This document shows, piece by piece, positions 61,497-64,000 of a DNA stretch of 64,000 nucleotides. The translations under genes and the position numbers were made by a program. Under the pieces are notes generated by a model. The model did no database searches and was not told where the DNA came from. It was given only the letters and a program-made list of their open reading frames with translations. Source of the stretch: the human T2T-CHM13v2.0 reference genome, Homo sapiens; NCBI RefSeq assembly GCF_009914755.1, contig NC_060931.1, one strand, 5' to 3'. Numbering within the stretch: the first letter of the stretch is position 1; each line of letters starts with the position of its first letter.

Positions 61497-62544
61497 TTAT
61501 CCCTGGTTTGTGACCTAAAATGAATTGAGGAACTTACTATATTCAGTTCATTTCTGCCTTCCCTCTAAGTTCAGGGATAAACTTCAAAGTTTATTATTTT
61601 TATTAAAGTTTATTTTATCAAAACATTGAATATTTGTAATTTGTAACATATCCTATATATTTTTAATTTATACGAAATAATAATTTCCTAAAATATGCAA
61701 TTAATGGTATTCTTAACAGATTCACATATTTGTATATATTGAAGTACTAATTTATGGAAATCTATCTTTCCTTTATGTATTTTTAAGTTTTTCATGTGCT
61801 TTAATATTTTGATTTTGTGATACTAAAAATATTTTATTTTGTGGGTTTTTAAAAAGATTTATATTATTGCTTTCCTTTTTTTAACCAACAGCTAAATTTG
61901 GAAGTTCTATCTTACGTCTCAAATGATCCTTGTTGGTACAAAAAGTGTATCTTTTGGGGAGCTATAAAGATTTCTTGTCTTTTAAGCCTCATTTACAAAG
62001 TTTTTGTCAATTGTTTTATACTGACTTTCTCATTAGCTTGCCAGCAATAAGCAAAAATAAAGCTAGGACTGTGTCAAAAATATTCACTGGCCCACATTCA
62101 TCCTTCTTCAGCAGGTTTACTCCATAGTGTTCCCCATTCAGCTACTGTGCTGGCCAATGGAAACAGCGAGTCGTTGTCTGAAATGAAGAATAATTGGAAA
62201 CATGGTGCCTGTTTCTTTTCCTGCAAATAACAATTCATCCATTTAACATTCTTTTGGTGCTCTTGAATTCTGTAGTAGACAGCCTTGTGTTCACTGTTCA
62301 GTTGAGGCCCATTCGAGAAAAGCTAACCTTCTAGCCTGCTGTTGACCCTCCAATGGGAAACAGTGACAGCCATCAATGGCTTCTACATAGAGCTAGTGAC
62401 ATGTGGCACTAGCAGCTTCATATAGGTAAATGGGCCTCAGGCTGGAAAATGCTAGGCTGGGAGGGATGGTAATAATGATAAAAGATTAAAATTCTGGCTA
62501 TGATGATCTCCACTTTCCAAAGAAACAAAGCCCAGAAAGGTTAA

Positions 62545-63026
<482 letters not shown>

Positions 63027-63279
63027 CTATTTACTAATCACATACACTCTTATATATGTGTATATAATAAGCCTCTGATGATATCATTATAGTTGTCTAT
63101 ATTCTTGCTTGTTTTTGACTTCATGTTCCATCAAATTCTGAAAGGGATGTATTAAAATCTACCACTATGGTTATAATTTCATCAAATGCTCCTTGTCTTT
63201 TGATTTTTATTTTGCACTGTTTTTAAGTGCATAATAGCTGATAACTTGTATATCTTTGTCACATTTCTATTCATATCAC

Positions 63280-63999
<720 letters not shown>

Positions 64000-64000
64000 T

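Overview
Primate (human or great-ape-type) euchromatic, repeat-dense non-coding DNA, either intergenic or deep-intronic. I find no protein-coding exon, CpG island, tRNA or rRNA that I can support, and I cannot name the locus. About 60 Alu copies or fragments (J, S and Y lineages; by eye roughly a quarter to a third of the window) overlie older L2, MIR, L1M, L3/CR1, MaLR-LTR and DNA-transposon fossils. Almost all listed ORFs are read-throughs of Alu, MaLR or microsatellite sequence. The best-supported structures are: a complete LTR-int-LTR MSTA element inserted in an MSTB solo LTR with recognisable TSDs (3472-7240); an L3/CR1 ORF2 fossil spread colinearly over about 7.5 kb (10640-18140); nested DNA transposons (MER33>Tigger4>2 Alus; MER47>MADE1+Alu); and a compound GATA/GATG STR. 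The most unusual items are a TSD-flanked, A-tailed pair of short hairpin modules that are not Alu (59255-59357), a MADE1 hairpin with matching changes in both arms, a fold-back inverted duplication of an Alu end (47491-47568), and a bZIP/octamer motif cluster (58430-58910). I see no convincing new biological system. Repeat names come from recalled consensus sequences, not a database search, and boundaries of old repeats are approximate.
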